Under the pieces are notes generated by a model, which was given only the letters and a program-made list of their open reading frames with translations, had not been told where the DNA came from and did no database searches. 64,000 nucleotides of DNA, from contig OZ024753.1 of assembly GCA_964016885.1 (NCBI GenBank), positions 2,728,001 to 2,792,000 on the forward strand, given 5' to 3'. Origin of the DNA: Eledone cirrhosa. Its lineage: Eukaryota. Shown piece after piece: positions 38,335-52,801 of the stretch (its first letter is position 1; each line of letters begins with the position of its first letter). Made by a program: the position numbers and the translations under genes.

Positions 38335-40453
38335 CATATATATACATAAAGTGTGTATATATATATTATATGTTTATTTGTTAAACCAAACTATCAATGA
38401 CAACTCTTTTTTTAAAATAAAAATAAAGTTAGATATTATCAATGAACTAATGAACTAAAAGTAAACACCAATCAGTCTCAGTAAAATATAGAGAAGAAAA
38501 GTTTCATTTAAAATATTTCCTACTAATAAGTGAAAAGTCTTATTAAAATTTATGTATCTAAAATTGACATAATTAAAGGGTGGAAGAAGAGTAAAAAAGA
38601 CTAAAAAAAAAAATCTTAATTTCCGTTTTGTAGCCAGGTCATTGATTTTTTTATCAAGTTATATAGTTTTAGTGTAGTTTTCTCCTTATTTCATGCTATC
38701 GTCAATAATTCCATTTCAAACTTGGAATTATTTACAAAAGAAAAACAGGTGGGGAGAAAGATTATTATTAGTAGTTGTTTTCTTTTTAAATGTAGTTTTT
38801 ATTTTTCAGATTTTTTTTTATAATGATTTTTTTTCTCTTGGTTTTCTTTGAAAGTTCTCAAAGTTAATATTTTGCTAAGCTAGACTGTTTGAATTAAGCA
38901 TACAATGAATGATTAGAGCAGTATTTTTATTTAAATTATTTATTTTCATGATTTTGTTTATTTTTTATTTTTCTGTTTTTTTCTTTTTCTTTTTCTTTTT
39001 CTGTCACTATTTCTCATGTCTTTTATATCTTTATTTTTTATAACTTCCCACCCCTTTCCTTCTCTCTTTCTCTGTCATTATCAACTGTAATTATTATGAA
39101 TTACTTCAAAAGTCGATTTAATTGAGAACTTTTATAAGTTCTAATAATTTTGCTGCTTCATTTTTGATTGGGTCAGCAGAAGAGGTAGTGCATCAAAAGG
39201 TTATGGTCTTCAATTATACAGTTATGATTAAATTCTTGTTATATTACACATATATGAGGATGGTAGCAGTAGCAATGCACTTGCTAATTCTGGATTCATA
39301 TGTTAAGACATCATTGACATCAGCTCTTTGTCAATTCACTAGGTGCAACATTTTTTAATATATTCCTTTCATGCCAGCAACATATCTCAGTCTTCAATAT
39401 TTCACAATTGCAACAGCATCTAGATAGCCAACTTTACATTAACTTATCCTCCAGTTACACAAATAGTATGAGGCCCCATTAACCCATTCAATACCATATC
39501 TCTAATGAAAAGCACTATCAAGAATTTGTAGGGATTTAGTGCAATCATTTTTTTTTCACTTTTAAAGTGGTGGCTGATGCATAACTTAAGAAAATGTTCT
39601 AACATAAAATTATAATGGAAGTTATAATTCTAAGTAAGCACACTTAAAAGAAAATAAAACACTTTTAGTTAGTGCAACCCGATATATAAGCCATATGTCA
39701 TAAGACCCACTGCTTGAAAATGGTTGCCCATTCCTGAGCTAGAACAAATACATTGGGTTGAAATGTAGGCCTTTTTAAGCTGTGAGTTAATTCATTTAGT
39801 TTTATCTTATGTTCCTTCTACTTTTAGAAAGCAAAATACTAATATGGTAGAAACCAGCCTTGGTTAAAGCAGAATATTAGTTTAGCAAACAAAATCACCT
39901 TTGAGCGTTTCTATAGCACATACATGTATGGCATGTTCATCTGCACAAACATTTACATATGCAGTGCTGCTTGGTAAATTAAAAACAGTAAATTCACTTT
40001 TCACTTATTTTACTGTCAATTATAGAATCAGATACTCAAAATCTTACACTGCCTATCTATAGGTTGGACAGGTCCTCAGGTGGTCAGCCCATGATAGGAG
40101 CTACTAACTCATGGGATGGTGTAAGAGGCTAGCTTTTCACATTCTACAGAGTGACATGGTGGAAGAACCCTCTCAACCCTTTGTGTGGCAGGTTTTCCAT
40201 GGTAGGATAGAATTTTAACTTACAAGCCAATGGTAAACATTACTCTAATGCAGACACTTGTTCAAAGTGTCACACAGTAAGAAGAAACATGAAGTCATAT
40301 TTACAAATCAATATTCGTAACCACATCATCACCAATCACCTACTAATGATATTTGCATTTTCTTCTTTTTTTTCTTCTATTTTTTTCAAACATAGTCATA
40401 TGTCCATATGAGTAACATTGCTTATTGAAATGAGAATTATCTGAGAGAAGAGC

Positions 40454-40655
40454 CATCATCATCACCGTTTTACATCCATTCCTCCACGCTAGCATGGGTT
40501 AGACAGGCTGTCCTGTTGTGGGAAATGCCAGGTCAGGTGACCTTGTCTTGCTCATACAGAACTGATTTTGGCTTGATTGCTACAGCTGGATGCCTTTCCT
40601 AACACCAACCTCATTTATAGTGAGTACTGGGTGCTTTTTTTACCATGGCGCCTAC
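40454..40655 (-). mobile_element. RTE 3' UTR fragment
   Basis: Reverse complement closely matches 54430-54625 of the long RTE copy, including the (GAT)n tail. Confidence 0.9.
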
Positions 40656-40678
40656 CAGTATATATATATATTTACCAG

Positions 40679-40721
<43 letters not shown>

Positions 40722-41581
40722 TTACCAGTATATATTAATTTACCAGTATATATATATTTACCAGTATATATATATTTACCAGTATATATATATATTTACC
40801 AGTATATATATATTTACCAGTATATATATATATTTACCAGTATATATATATATTTACCAGTATATATATATATTTACCATTATATATATATTTACCAGTA
40901 TATATATATATATATATTTACCAGTATATATATATATACACATATATATATATTTACCAGTATATATTAATTTACCAGTATATATATATTTACCAGTATA
41001 TATATATATTTACCAGTATATATATATATTTACCAGTATATATATATTTACCATTATATATATATTTACCAGTATATATATATATTTACCAGTATATATA
41101 TATTTACCAGTATATATATATTTACCAGTATATATATATTTACCAGTATATATATATTTACCAGTATATATATATATATTTACCAGTATATATATATTTA
41201 CCAGTATATATATATTTACCAGTATATATATATATATATATTTACCAGTATATATATATTTACCAGTATATATATATTTACCATTATATATATATTTACC
41301 ATTATATATATATTTACCAGTATATATATATTTACCAGTATATATATATATATTTACCAGTATATATATATATATTTACCAGTATATATATATATATTTA
41401 CCAGTGTATATATATATTTACCAGTATATATATATTTACCAGTATATATATATATTTACCAGTATATATATATATATTTACCAGTATATATATATATTTA
41501 CCAGTATATATATATATATTTACCAGTATATATATATATTTACCAGTATATATATATTTACCAGTATATATATATTTACCA

Positions 41582-41615
<34 letters not shown>

Positions 41616-43353
41616 TTACCAGTATATATTAATTTACCAGTATATATATATTTACCAGTATATATATATATTTACCAGTATATATATATTTACCATTATA
41701 TATATATTTACCAGTATATATATATATTTACCAGTATATATATATATATATTTACCAGTATATATATATATATATTTACCAGTATATATATATATATTTA
41801 CCAGTATATATATTTACCAGTATATATATATTTACCAGTATATATATATTTACCAGTATATATATATTTACCAGTATATATATATATACACATATATATA
41901 TATTTACCAGTATATATTAATTTACCAGTATATATATATTTACCAGTATATATATATATTTACCAGTATATATATATATTTACCAGTATATATATATTTA
42001 CCATTATATATATATTTACCAGTATATATATATATATATATATATTTACCAGTATATATATATATTTACCAGTATATATATATTTACCAGTATATATATA
42101 TTTACCTGTATATATATATATATTTACCAGTATATATATATTTACCAGTATATATATATTTACCAGTATATATATATTTACCAGTATATATATATATATT
42201 TACCAGTATATATATATTTACCAGTATATATATATATATTTACCAGTATATATATATATTTACCAGTATATATATATATATTTACCAGTATATATATATT
42301 TACCAGTATATATTAATTTACCAGTATATATATATATTTACCAGTGTATATATATTTACCAGTATAGATATATTTACCAGTATATATTAATTTACCAGTA
42401 TATATATATATTTACCAGTATATATATATTTACCAGTATATATATATATATTTACCAGTATATATATATTTACCAGTATATATATATATATATATATATT
42501 TACCAGTATATATATATTTACCAGTATATATATATTTACCAGTATATATATATATATTTACCAGTATATATATATTTACCAGTATATATACATTTACCAG
42601 TATATATATATATATATATATTTACCAGTATATATATATTTACCAGTATATATATATTTACCATTATATATATATTTACCAGTATATATATATTTACCAG
42701 TATATATATATATTTACCAGTATATATATATATTTACCAGTATATATATATTTACCATTATATATATATTTACCAGTATATATATATATATATATATTTA
42801 CCAGTATATATATATTTACCAGTATATATATATTTACCATTATATATATATTTACCATTATATATATATTTACCAGTATATATACATTTACCAGTATATA
42901 TATATATATATATATATTTACCAGTATATATATATTTACCAGTATATATATATTTACCAGTATATATATATTTACCAGTATATATATATTTACCAGTATA
43001 TATATATTTACCAGTATGTATATATTTACCAGTATATATATATATATATATTTACCAGTATATATATATTTACCAGTATATATATATTTACCATTATATA
43101 TATATTTACCAGTATATATATATTTACCAGTATATATATATATATTTACCAGTATATATATATTTACCAGTATATATATATATATTTACCAGTATATATA
43201 TATATATTTACCAGTATATATATATATATTTACCAGTGTATATATATATTTACCAGTATATATATATTTACCAGTATATATATATATTTACCAGTATATA
43301 TATATATATTTACCAGTATATATATATATTTACCAGTATATATATATTTACCA

Positions 43354-43387
<34 letters not shown>

Positions 43388-45099
43388 TTACCAGTATATA
43401 TTAATTTACCAGTATATATATATTTACCAGTATATATATATATTTACCAGTATATATATATTTACCAGTATATATATATATATTTACCAGTATATATATA
43501 TATTTACCAGTATATATATATTTACCAGTATATATATATTTACCAGTATATATATATTTACCAGTATATATATATTTACCAGTATATATATATATACACA
43601 TATATATATATTTACCAGTATATATATATTTACCAGTATATATATATATTTACCAGTATATATATATATTTACCAGTATATATATATTTACCATTATATA
43701 TATATTTACCAGTATATATATATATATATATATATATTTACCAGTATATATATATATTTACCAGTATATATATATTTACCAGTATATATATATTTACCAG
43801 TATATATATATTTACCTGTATATATATATATATTTACCAGTATATATATATTTACCAGTATATATATATTTACCAGTATATATATATATATATATTTACC
43901 AGTATATATATATTTACCAGTATATATATATATTTACCATTATATATATATTTACCAGTATATATATATTTACCAGTATATATATATATATTTACCAGTA
44001 TATATATTTACCAGTATATATATATATATTTACCAGTATATATATATATATTTACCAGTATATATATATATATTTACCAGTATATATATATTTACCAGTA
44101 TATATTAATTTACCAGTATATATATATATTTACCAGTGTATATATATTTACCAGTATATATATATTTACCAGTATATATTAATTTACCAGTATATATATA
44201 TATTTACCAGTATATATATATTTACCAGTATATATATATTTACCTGTATATATATATATATATTTACCAGTATATATATATATATATATTTACCAGTATA
44301 TATATATTTACCAGTATATATATATTTACCATTATATATATATTTACCAGTATATATATATTTACCAGTATATATATATATATTTACCAGTATATATATA
44401 TATTTACCAGTATATATATATATATTTACCAGTATATATATATTTACCAGTATATATTAATTTACCAGTATATATATATTTACCAGTATATATATATTTA
44501 CCAGTATATATTAATTTACCAGTATATATATATATTTACCAGTATATATATATTTACCAGTATATATATATATATTTACCAGTATATATATATTTACCAG
44601 TATATATATATATATATATATTTACCAGTATATATATATTTACCAGTATATATATATTTACCAGTATATATATATTTACCAGTATATATATATATATTTA
44701 CCAGTATATATATATTTACCAGTATATATACATTTACCAGTATATATATATATATATATATATTTACCAGTATATATATATTTACCAGTATATATATATT
44801 TACCATTATATATATATTTACCAGTATATATATATTTACCAGTATATATATATATTTACCAGTATATATATATATTTACCAGTATATATATATATTTACC
44901 AGTATATATATATTTACCATTATATATATATTTACCAGTATATATATATATATATATATTTACCAGTATATATATATATTTACCAGTGTATATATATATT
45001 TACCAGTGTATATATATTTACCATTATATATATATTTACCAGTATATATATATATTTACCAGTGTATATATATATTTACCAGTGTATATATATTTACCA
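40653..45099. repeat. 4.4 kb compound satellite, unit TTTACCAG(TA)n (about 16-30 bp)
   Basis: Direct reading; roughly 200-250 units (estimated from length) with recurrent variants CCAT, CCTG, GTG, TTAATTT and TACATA. Confidence 0.98.
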
Positions 45100-45240
45100 T
45101 TTATCACCCAGTTTAATGTGTACTATCTAATGGAGCAATATATATATCATTACTTCGAGATATTAAGAAAAAAACTGAAAACATCCTAATACTACAATTG
45201 GGAAGGGAGGATAAGTTTACAGCTAAGTGGATGTTAAACA

Positions 45241-45637
45241 ATGATGAGGAGTAGGAGGAGGGTGATGGTGATGGGTATGATGGAGATGATGGTGGTGGTG
45301 GTTATTATGATGATGGTGGTGATGATGATTGTGATGATGGTGATGAAAGTGATGATGATGATGGTGGTGATTATGACGATGGTGATGGTGGTGATCATGA
45401 TGATGGTGGTGATGATGATGATGATGATTATGGTGGTGATGATGATGATGATGGTGGTGATGGTAATGATGATGATGATGATGATGGTGATGTTGATAGT
45501 GATGAGGGTGCTGGTGATGATGGTGGTGATAACGATGATGGCAGTGGTGATGATGATGATGATGACGATCGTGATGATGATGGTGGTGGTAATGAAAAAT
45601 ACTGAAGATGATGATAGTGAGGATGATGATGATGATG
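45241..45637. repeat. Degenerate (GAT/GGT)n trinucleotide tract
   Basis: Direct reading; it generates the poly-Met/Val ORF. Confidence 0.95.
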
Positions 45638-46553
45638 CAATCCCAATGATACTTAAATGTCTATTTTACTGCTATTTGATCCATTGGAAAACACTGCTAC
45701 TATATTTGCTGCAGACAACCAATCTTCATTTCTGATACACAACTAAAATCATTAAAAGCCACTCTCACAATTATATCACAATCCATCATTGAATATTTAT
45801 ATTTATTTATTCCACCTACTTCAGTAAACATCACCAGCAATAACAACAACAACATCAATCATGGCAATGACAAAACAATGTTATCATCATATATGAAAGC
45901 TTGCATTTCATACTTCCAATTTTTCTCAATTCACAATGCTTCTACAAGTACAACCAAAATAATTATGAAGTAAATTTGGCAGTGTTTCACTACTTTTATA
46001 CACAAAACAAAATATTTACTTGGGCGAAGAAATATCTAATCATCTTATAACTCCCCTGCTCTCTTTCTCTATATTTCTCTCTCTCACTCACTTCCTATTT
46101 CTGTGGTTATTACTCCCTTTCTCTTGTCATATCACTGTTGCTATCTTTCTCACTATATCTCTCTCCCATTCTCTCATTTTTCTATCAGTATACCTATCTC
46201 ATAAAGGGACAGAGGAACCAAAATATTTAGATTAGATATATATGCATGTACACAAAATTGCACAGTAAACTTACAATAAAAAGAAAAAAAAGTGTTTAAT
46301 CATTTGACAGCTCACACACACACACACATATATATATATATGTATGTACACATGTTAATACAGATACACACTCATAAATAGACATGTAGATACACAAACT
46401 CAGAAGCATATAAGTACAGGTACACAATATATGTGTACAATGTATGGACTTGTATGTGTATACATGCAAATAGAAATTGCACACATAAAACTCTTTAATG
46501 AATATGCATTCACACAAATGCTACAAGTTCCTAATCATCCTATAATATGTATA

Positions 46554-46605
<52 letters not shown>

Positions 46606-46741
46606 CTACACACACACACATATATATATATACATATACTTATTTATATACATATATATATATATATTTATATGTATACATATATAAATGCACATATACA
46701 CACACATAGACATATACACACATTTATATATATATATATAG

Positions 46742-46774
<33 letters not shown>

Positions 46775-47825
46775 TTTATATATATATATAAAGATATATC
46801 CTTAGATACATATGCATCGCAGAAACATAGATACAAATCCATGCACATTACAGATACATTCGCCCACTTAAAGAGAGATGCAAGCACACTGACACCCCCA
46901 CTAACATTTATACCACTACACACACACACATGCATGAGCCAATAAACATCTCATACGAAATATGAAAAGCTAACTTCAATAATGGTATCCATCAATATTC
47001 CTGTTAGATTTTCTGAGAAAGAAAAATATAAGAGAAAATAAAAGATTAATATGTATCCAATTGTGTGCATTCAAGAGCAATTTATCAAATCTAATTTGCT
47101 AAATTTGATCATCGATTTGGTTTAGGTTATTTTCAGGGTAGATGTGAGTGGATAGGAAAGAAGAGCTAGTTTAGTTTATTTGACTTTAGTTTTTGTTTTG
47201 TTGCATTATTTTACTTTAAAAATCAGTATTTTCATTAGGAACTTTCTGGGAATTTGCTGTTGTTGGTTTTGATGGTGTTGCCATTTATCTATTGTATTGG
47301 CATAGTTATTTTCAGCTTTTAAATGTACTTTTAGGAAAAATAAAGAAGAAAACAATAAGCAAGAAAAGTTGAAAAAAGTTGAAAATTTCAATGACAACAC
47401 ATTTTTTTTTTTCTGTGTAGAGGGGTGATTTTTCTTTCTCTGTCTGAATGTTTTTTGTTGTTTTTTTTTTACTCTGATGATGGTTTTAGGGCTTAAAAAT
47501 TATACACATATGATGTGATCATCTCATTGTGATTGTTTTATTTTGAGTACTTTGGATCATCAAAACAGTAGTATAGGTGAGATTTAAATCTTAGAATCCT
47601 GCAAGGATTTAGTAGAAAATATCTATAAACTGGTTTGTTAATTCAAATCTTTGTAGTATTGTGTTATCATAAATGTTTACATTATTGTTGTGAAAAGGTG
47701 CCATACTAAAGTAAATGCATTAATTTTTAATGTAGTGCAGTCATAGTGTTATTTTCTACTATTCAAGAATTCCTTGTTATTACAGTTTCATCTTATGGAA
47801 TTGTTATGTAGCCTTGAATAATTAA

Positions 47826-48033
47826 CCCTTTAATATTTACATAATTCTATATTTACTGTTGTATTTTCACGATAAAGGTGTTACCTCACATAATGTCAAA
47901 TCTATGAGATTTTACTATTATTTATTTGGAGAAGAATACCTTAACATCAGTATGAGTGGTTGGATACAGCCAGTTTGAACAGAAAGAAGTGAGAGAATTC
48001 TGGCCAGATATGGCCAGTTTAAATGCTAAAAGG
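47826..48033 (+). mobile_element. piggyBac-like MITE family 1, second copy
   Basis: TTAA-CCCTTTAATATTTAC ... AAATGCTAAAAGG-TTAA; internal sequence homologous to 12956-13176. Confidence 0.85.
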
Positions 48034-50522
48034 TTAAACCTAAAATAAAATGTTTTCCAGCTTGGACCACATTGCATGGACAGAAATTATAAAATATGAC
48101 CACTAAGTTTGAGATACAATCTATACTTTGGATATTACAGTTGTTATTTAGGCAATAGCTAAAGTTTTATTCACATTTATTCCTTTTCAAATGTTATTTA
48201 TGTCAACAATAATTTGTGATTTTTAAAATGGTTTTCAAGCTTAAAAATGATTGTATTGTTTCTATTTTCTAGCTGGGGTGGGGTAAAATTCCATAGGAAC
48301 AAATTTCAATTCATATCATGGAAATGAATATGAAAATAGGTTTCTTATTATTAGAAATTCTGCATTACAACAAAACTTTTGGGAGGAATACAACACTTCA
48401 ATAAGGGAGATTTGTATTGTATTACACAGCCTATTCTTATACATCAGCTTGTTCAGTGGATTTAAGGGAAATTTAGCTGTTAATTTTAGCAGGTGAAACA
48501 ACCCTATTGCATCTTCCTTGTTGGAATGTAATTACCACTGTACTCCCTATACCAACAGAGTGAGGAAATTGCCTTGGAAACAGTAATAAGATTTCAACTC
48601 AGAAAGCTGAGGAAAGAAACTGGATATTTTGAAACAGCTAATTTGTTTGTTTATAGATTTGCTTCTCTACCATTGCAACCGTCTTCTGTACTGTCAAATT
48701 TACAACATTTTTATGTTATAGCATAAGATAGGTAAGATCTTCAGTTTTTGAACTAGTTTTATAGTGAAGCAATTTGATCTACAGCCAAAGTTCACTTAAA
48801 TAAACAAATGCCATGAGAAGGTACAGCACCCTTATTTGGATAAAGGCTCAATATAATAGGCCTCTAACTTGGCAGAGTCATTAGAATATTGGATTAAATA
48901 TCATGGTAATTTTTCCAGCTATTTGCACTCTGAAATCAAATCTTATCACAGTCAACTTTGATTAACTTCCTTTTGAGATTTATAAATAAAATTCTACTCC
49001 AGGGACCATGGATTGGCAGAACTGTTAGAGTCAGACTGAAGTATATCTGATCTAGGCCTGAGTAATCTGAGCTCAAATCCTGCTTCCTTATTCAACCAAC
49101 AGATAGTATCAGCAATGGAAAATCCAATGGAAAAATGGTCTTCTTAGTCCGAAATTATTAACTCATTTCCTTTATTACACTATAATTTGGTAAGAATTTT
49201 ATTTATGCTAAATTCAAATCTTCCCGTGGACAGATTTCTGCCTTATGCAAACTAGAAATTATCGCTGAATAGTTACATAAGAAAGTCTTATGATTGAATC
49301 ATAAGAAAGTCATGTCTGAATCAAATAGTTTCCAGAAACATGTTAGTTAACTGCAAATTACGTTAATGCCTACAATCCTTTCTGCCAAACACACAAACTT
49401 CAATCCTACAGCAATTTGAAGAAATCATTAACCTCAAAACTAATTCTAAATTATCTGTTTAAGTATGCTCTCAGCTGTTCTGAGAGTAACATGAAGCTAT
49501 AGGCTCAACCTATCCTCATCTGATATTAATCATATAATAAAAATGCACAATTATATTAGACACACACACACTTACACGAGACACTGGGTTTTAATGAAAT
49601 TGAATTTCAAATTGTTTAATTTAATAAAAATCAATCTACACTGAGTAAAACTAAAAATACTCTGTGATTTTGATCATCACATGAAAAGTCACTTTAGCTG
49701 TTAAAACATTGACCAGTTCCAAATTTCCTGTAAATTGGAAAAGTCTTAATCAATGTATGATTCAAAAATCTAATGTGTTATGCAGTTGCCAGCACCAGAA
49801 TGCAGAGTTTACTGTTTTGACCTAAAAATTACTACAACTGGGAAAATGTAATTAAATCAGGAGTTACATTCATCGATAATTCTTCATAATTTTACTAGTG
49901 AATACTCGTTATGATATTTATTTGTTTTGGTTTTTGGTTAATACCTTAAAACACTTTTTAAATATTTTCACTATTTTTTTAAATATTTATTGCTGGTTTA
50001 TTCATTTAATCCTCTAGTTTGTCACTTGCAAAATTTCATTTGATAATCAAAATAAGTCTTCAGATTCCAACTACCTGAATTATTAAAGAGAAAACTAAAT
50101 GAGTAAAAGAAATATTTAAAAAAGCAAGATATATAATGAAATGAAAGATAAAATTTAAGATATTTTTTTGATAGTTCTTTTTATTTTTTACATGTAAAAT
50201 TTTCTTTCTATTTATTTTTACAAAATCCTAAATTAGATTTTAAAAATGAAAGCTCTTTTCTTAAAACACAAATAATAACAAAATGAAATTATTCAGAACA
50301 ATATATATTTAAATGTTATTTGGATCTTCAAAGATTCCTTCAGAAAAATCTACTCAGTAAAATATAAAATATAGAGATATATAAAAACTCTGGCAATATT
50401 CATACAATTTCTGAGTCAATATTTGAGTATGCCACACAAAACATTCATCAAGTAAATATATTAAATAAATAATTTCCTGTAAATTGGCAAATCTTTATGT
50501 ATATTTCAAAACTCTATTGTGC

Positions 50523-50543
50523 TATATATATACATTCATACAT

Positions 50544-50586
<43 letters not shown>

Positions 50587-50588
50587 CA

Positions 50589-50619
<31 letters not shown>

Positions 50620-50742
50620 ATATATACATACATTCATACATATACATATATACATACATACATATACATATATATATACATACATACATATACATATATA
50701 TATACATATATACATATATATATACATATATATATACATATA

Positions 50743-50773
<31 letters not shown>

Positions 50774-50873
50774 ATATATACATACATATATATATATATA
50801 TATATACATACATATATATATATATATACATACATATATATATATATATACATACATATATATATATATATAC

Positions 50874-50922
<49 letters not shown>

Positions 50923-51222
50923 CATATATACATACATATATATACATATATACATACATATATATACATATATACATACATATATATATATATATACATA
51001 CATACATACATATATATATACATACATACATATATATATACATACATACATACATATATATACATATATACATACATATATATATATATACATACATTCA
51101 TACATATACATACATACATACATACATACATACATACATACATACATACATACATACATACATACATACATACATACATACATACATACATACATACATA
51201 CATACATACATACATACATACA

Positions 51223-51292
<70 letters not shown>
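50523..51292. repeat. (TA)n/(TACA)n microsatellite block
   Basis: Direct reading; pure (CATA)n run at ~51110-51250. Confidence 0.97.
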
Positions 51293-51293
<1 letters not shown>

Positions 51294-51992
51294 TTGCCAG
51301 CACCAGAAAGTAGAAATTAGTGTTTCCAACAAAAGAATTACAGTGAATAACCCTGATAGCCTGATTCATAAACAACACTCCCCAAATATTAAACTAAACA
51401 CACAAGATTTGAAAATAGAGAAGGGCAGTGAATTGACAAAGTGATTAGAACGTCAGATAGAATGCTTTATGGAATTCATTCTGGCTCTCTGCTCACCAAG
51501 TTGAAATCCCGCCAAAGTCAACTTTGCCTTTCATCCTTTTGAAGTTGATAAAAAAAGAACCAGTCTAGTATTGGAGTCGAATCTTCTTCTCTCTGGAAGA
51601 AATCTGTTGTACTCAGGCCTGGAGAGGGATAGGGTCTGCCAGGCTTAAAATGCCAAAGAAAATCTGTATGTCAATACAGTCCCCCAATGACTCTATTAGG
51701 AGTTATGGGACCATACATACATACATATTCGCATGTATTCACTGCTCCTTTAAATTCACTCTCATTCTATTATGAGAGTCCACTCAATGGACCCAGTGCA
51801 TGGCTAACTACCACTAGAAGGCTATTTAAGTAGCTTCTTACCTAACTGGTTAGTAGCCTGAAGATTGGTAATGAAAACTCTAAATAGCCACTCTCAAAGA
51901 TTCTGCTTTGAATAAATATTCTTCTCGTCTATTATGGAATTAACTTTGCACTGCATTGTATTTCCCCTTAAGCTGAAACCATAAACACACAT

Positions 51993-52043
<51 letters not shown>

Positions 52044-52553
52044 GATAGACTGCAGTACCGGGACAGGGAAGACCATAAATCAAAGAAGTACTTGATAGAT
52101 AGTAAGACACAGAGTTGGTTTATTAGTGGAAGTTGAGGATTTACCACAAACTCGGCAGTTTTGTCTTCTTATTTCTAACTAGCTGAAACCACCGAGCTCC
52201 AAGTAGATACTCTACTTCCACTAATATGTATATTTCTAGCAGATACAACATCCAGTCCTATCTATATCTGCTGCCACAGTTAAAACATTCTTATGCCATG
52301 CTCTCTATCGTTTTGGCCTAACGATATATGGCTCTTTCTCTATATATACATACATCTTTTAATTTGGATTATTAATGCTCTGGGAAAATGTTTGACTACT
52401 GCCTTGTGAGTGAAATTTAGTAGATGGAAACTACAGAAGCACATCATTTACAAATATATTTTTATATATATGTATATATATACATATATCAGTTGCCGTC
52501 CCACTCTTGCAAGCAGGGAAAAGTGGACGTAAAAAGATGATGATGATGATGTG

Positions 52554-52584
<31 letters not shown>

Positions 52585-52801
52585 ACCTATCTTTGTATAT
52601 ATATTTATATATACCATACGATACATATGGTTTCCATCTCACAATTTCAAGGACAAGGCATTGATCAGTCCATGGTTATAGAAGATGCTTACCCGGTGTG
52701 TCAAACAGTGGAATAGAATATAGAACCACAGGTGAACTCTTTAAATAGAGTTTTTATGCCTTGTGATATACATAGACATATATATATATATTGTATATAT
52801 A

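Noticed and set aside
40653-45099. CRISPR-like regular repeat pattern
   Set aside because: Spacers are only variable-length (TA)n, the context is eukaryotic, and there are no cas genes.
40590-45189. Long ORFs (581, 388, 326, 290 aa) of [12 protein letters not shown] repeats
   Set aside because: Artefacts of the stop-poor TTTACCAG(TA)n satellite.
45241-45735. Poly-Met/Val 164 aa ORF
   Set aside because: (GAT/GGT)n simple repeat; no domain or splice support.
50484-51444. Six overlapping 190-315 aa ORFs
   Set aside because: Translation of (TA)n/(TACA)n microsatellite in all frames.
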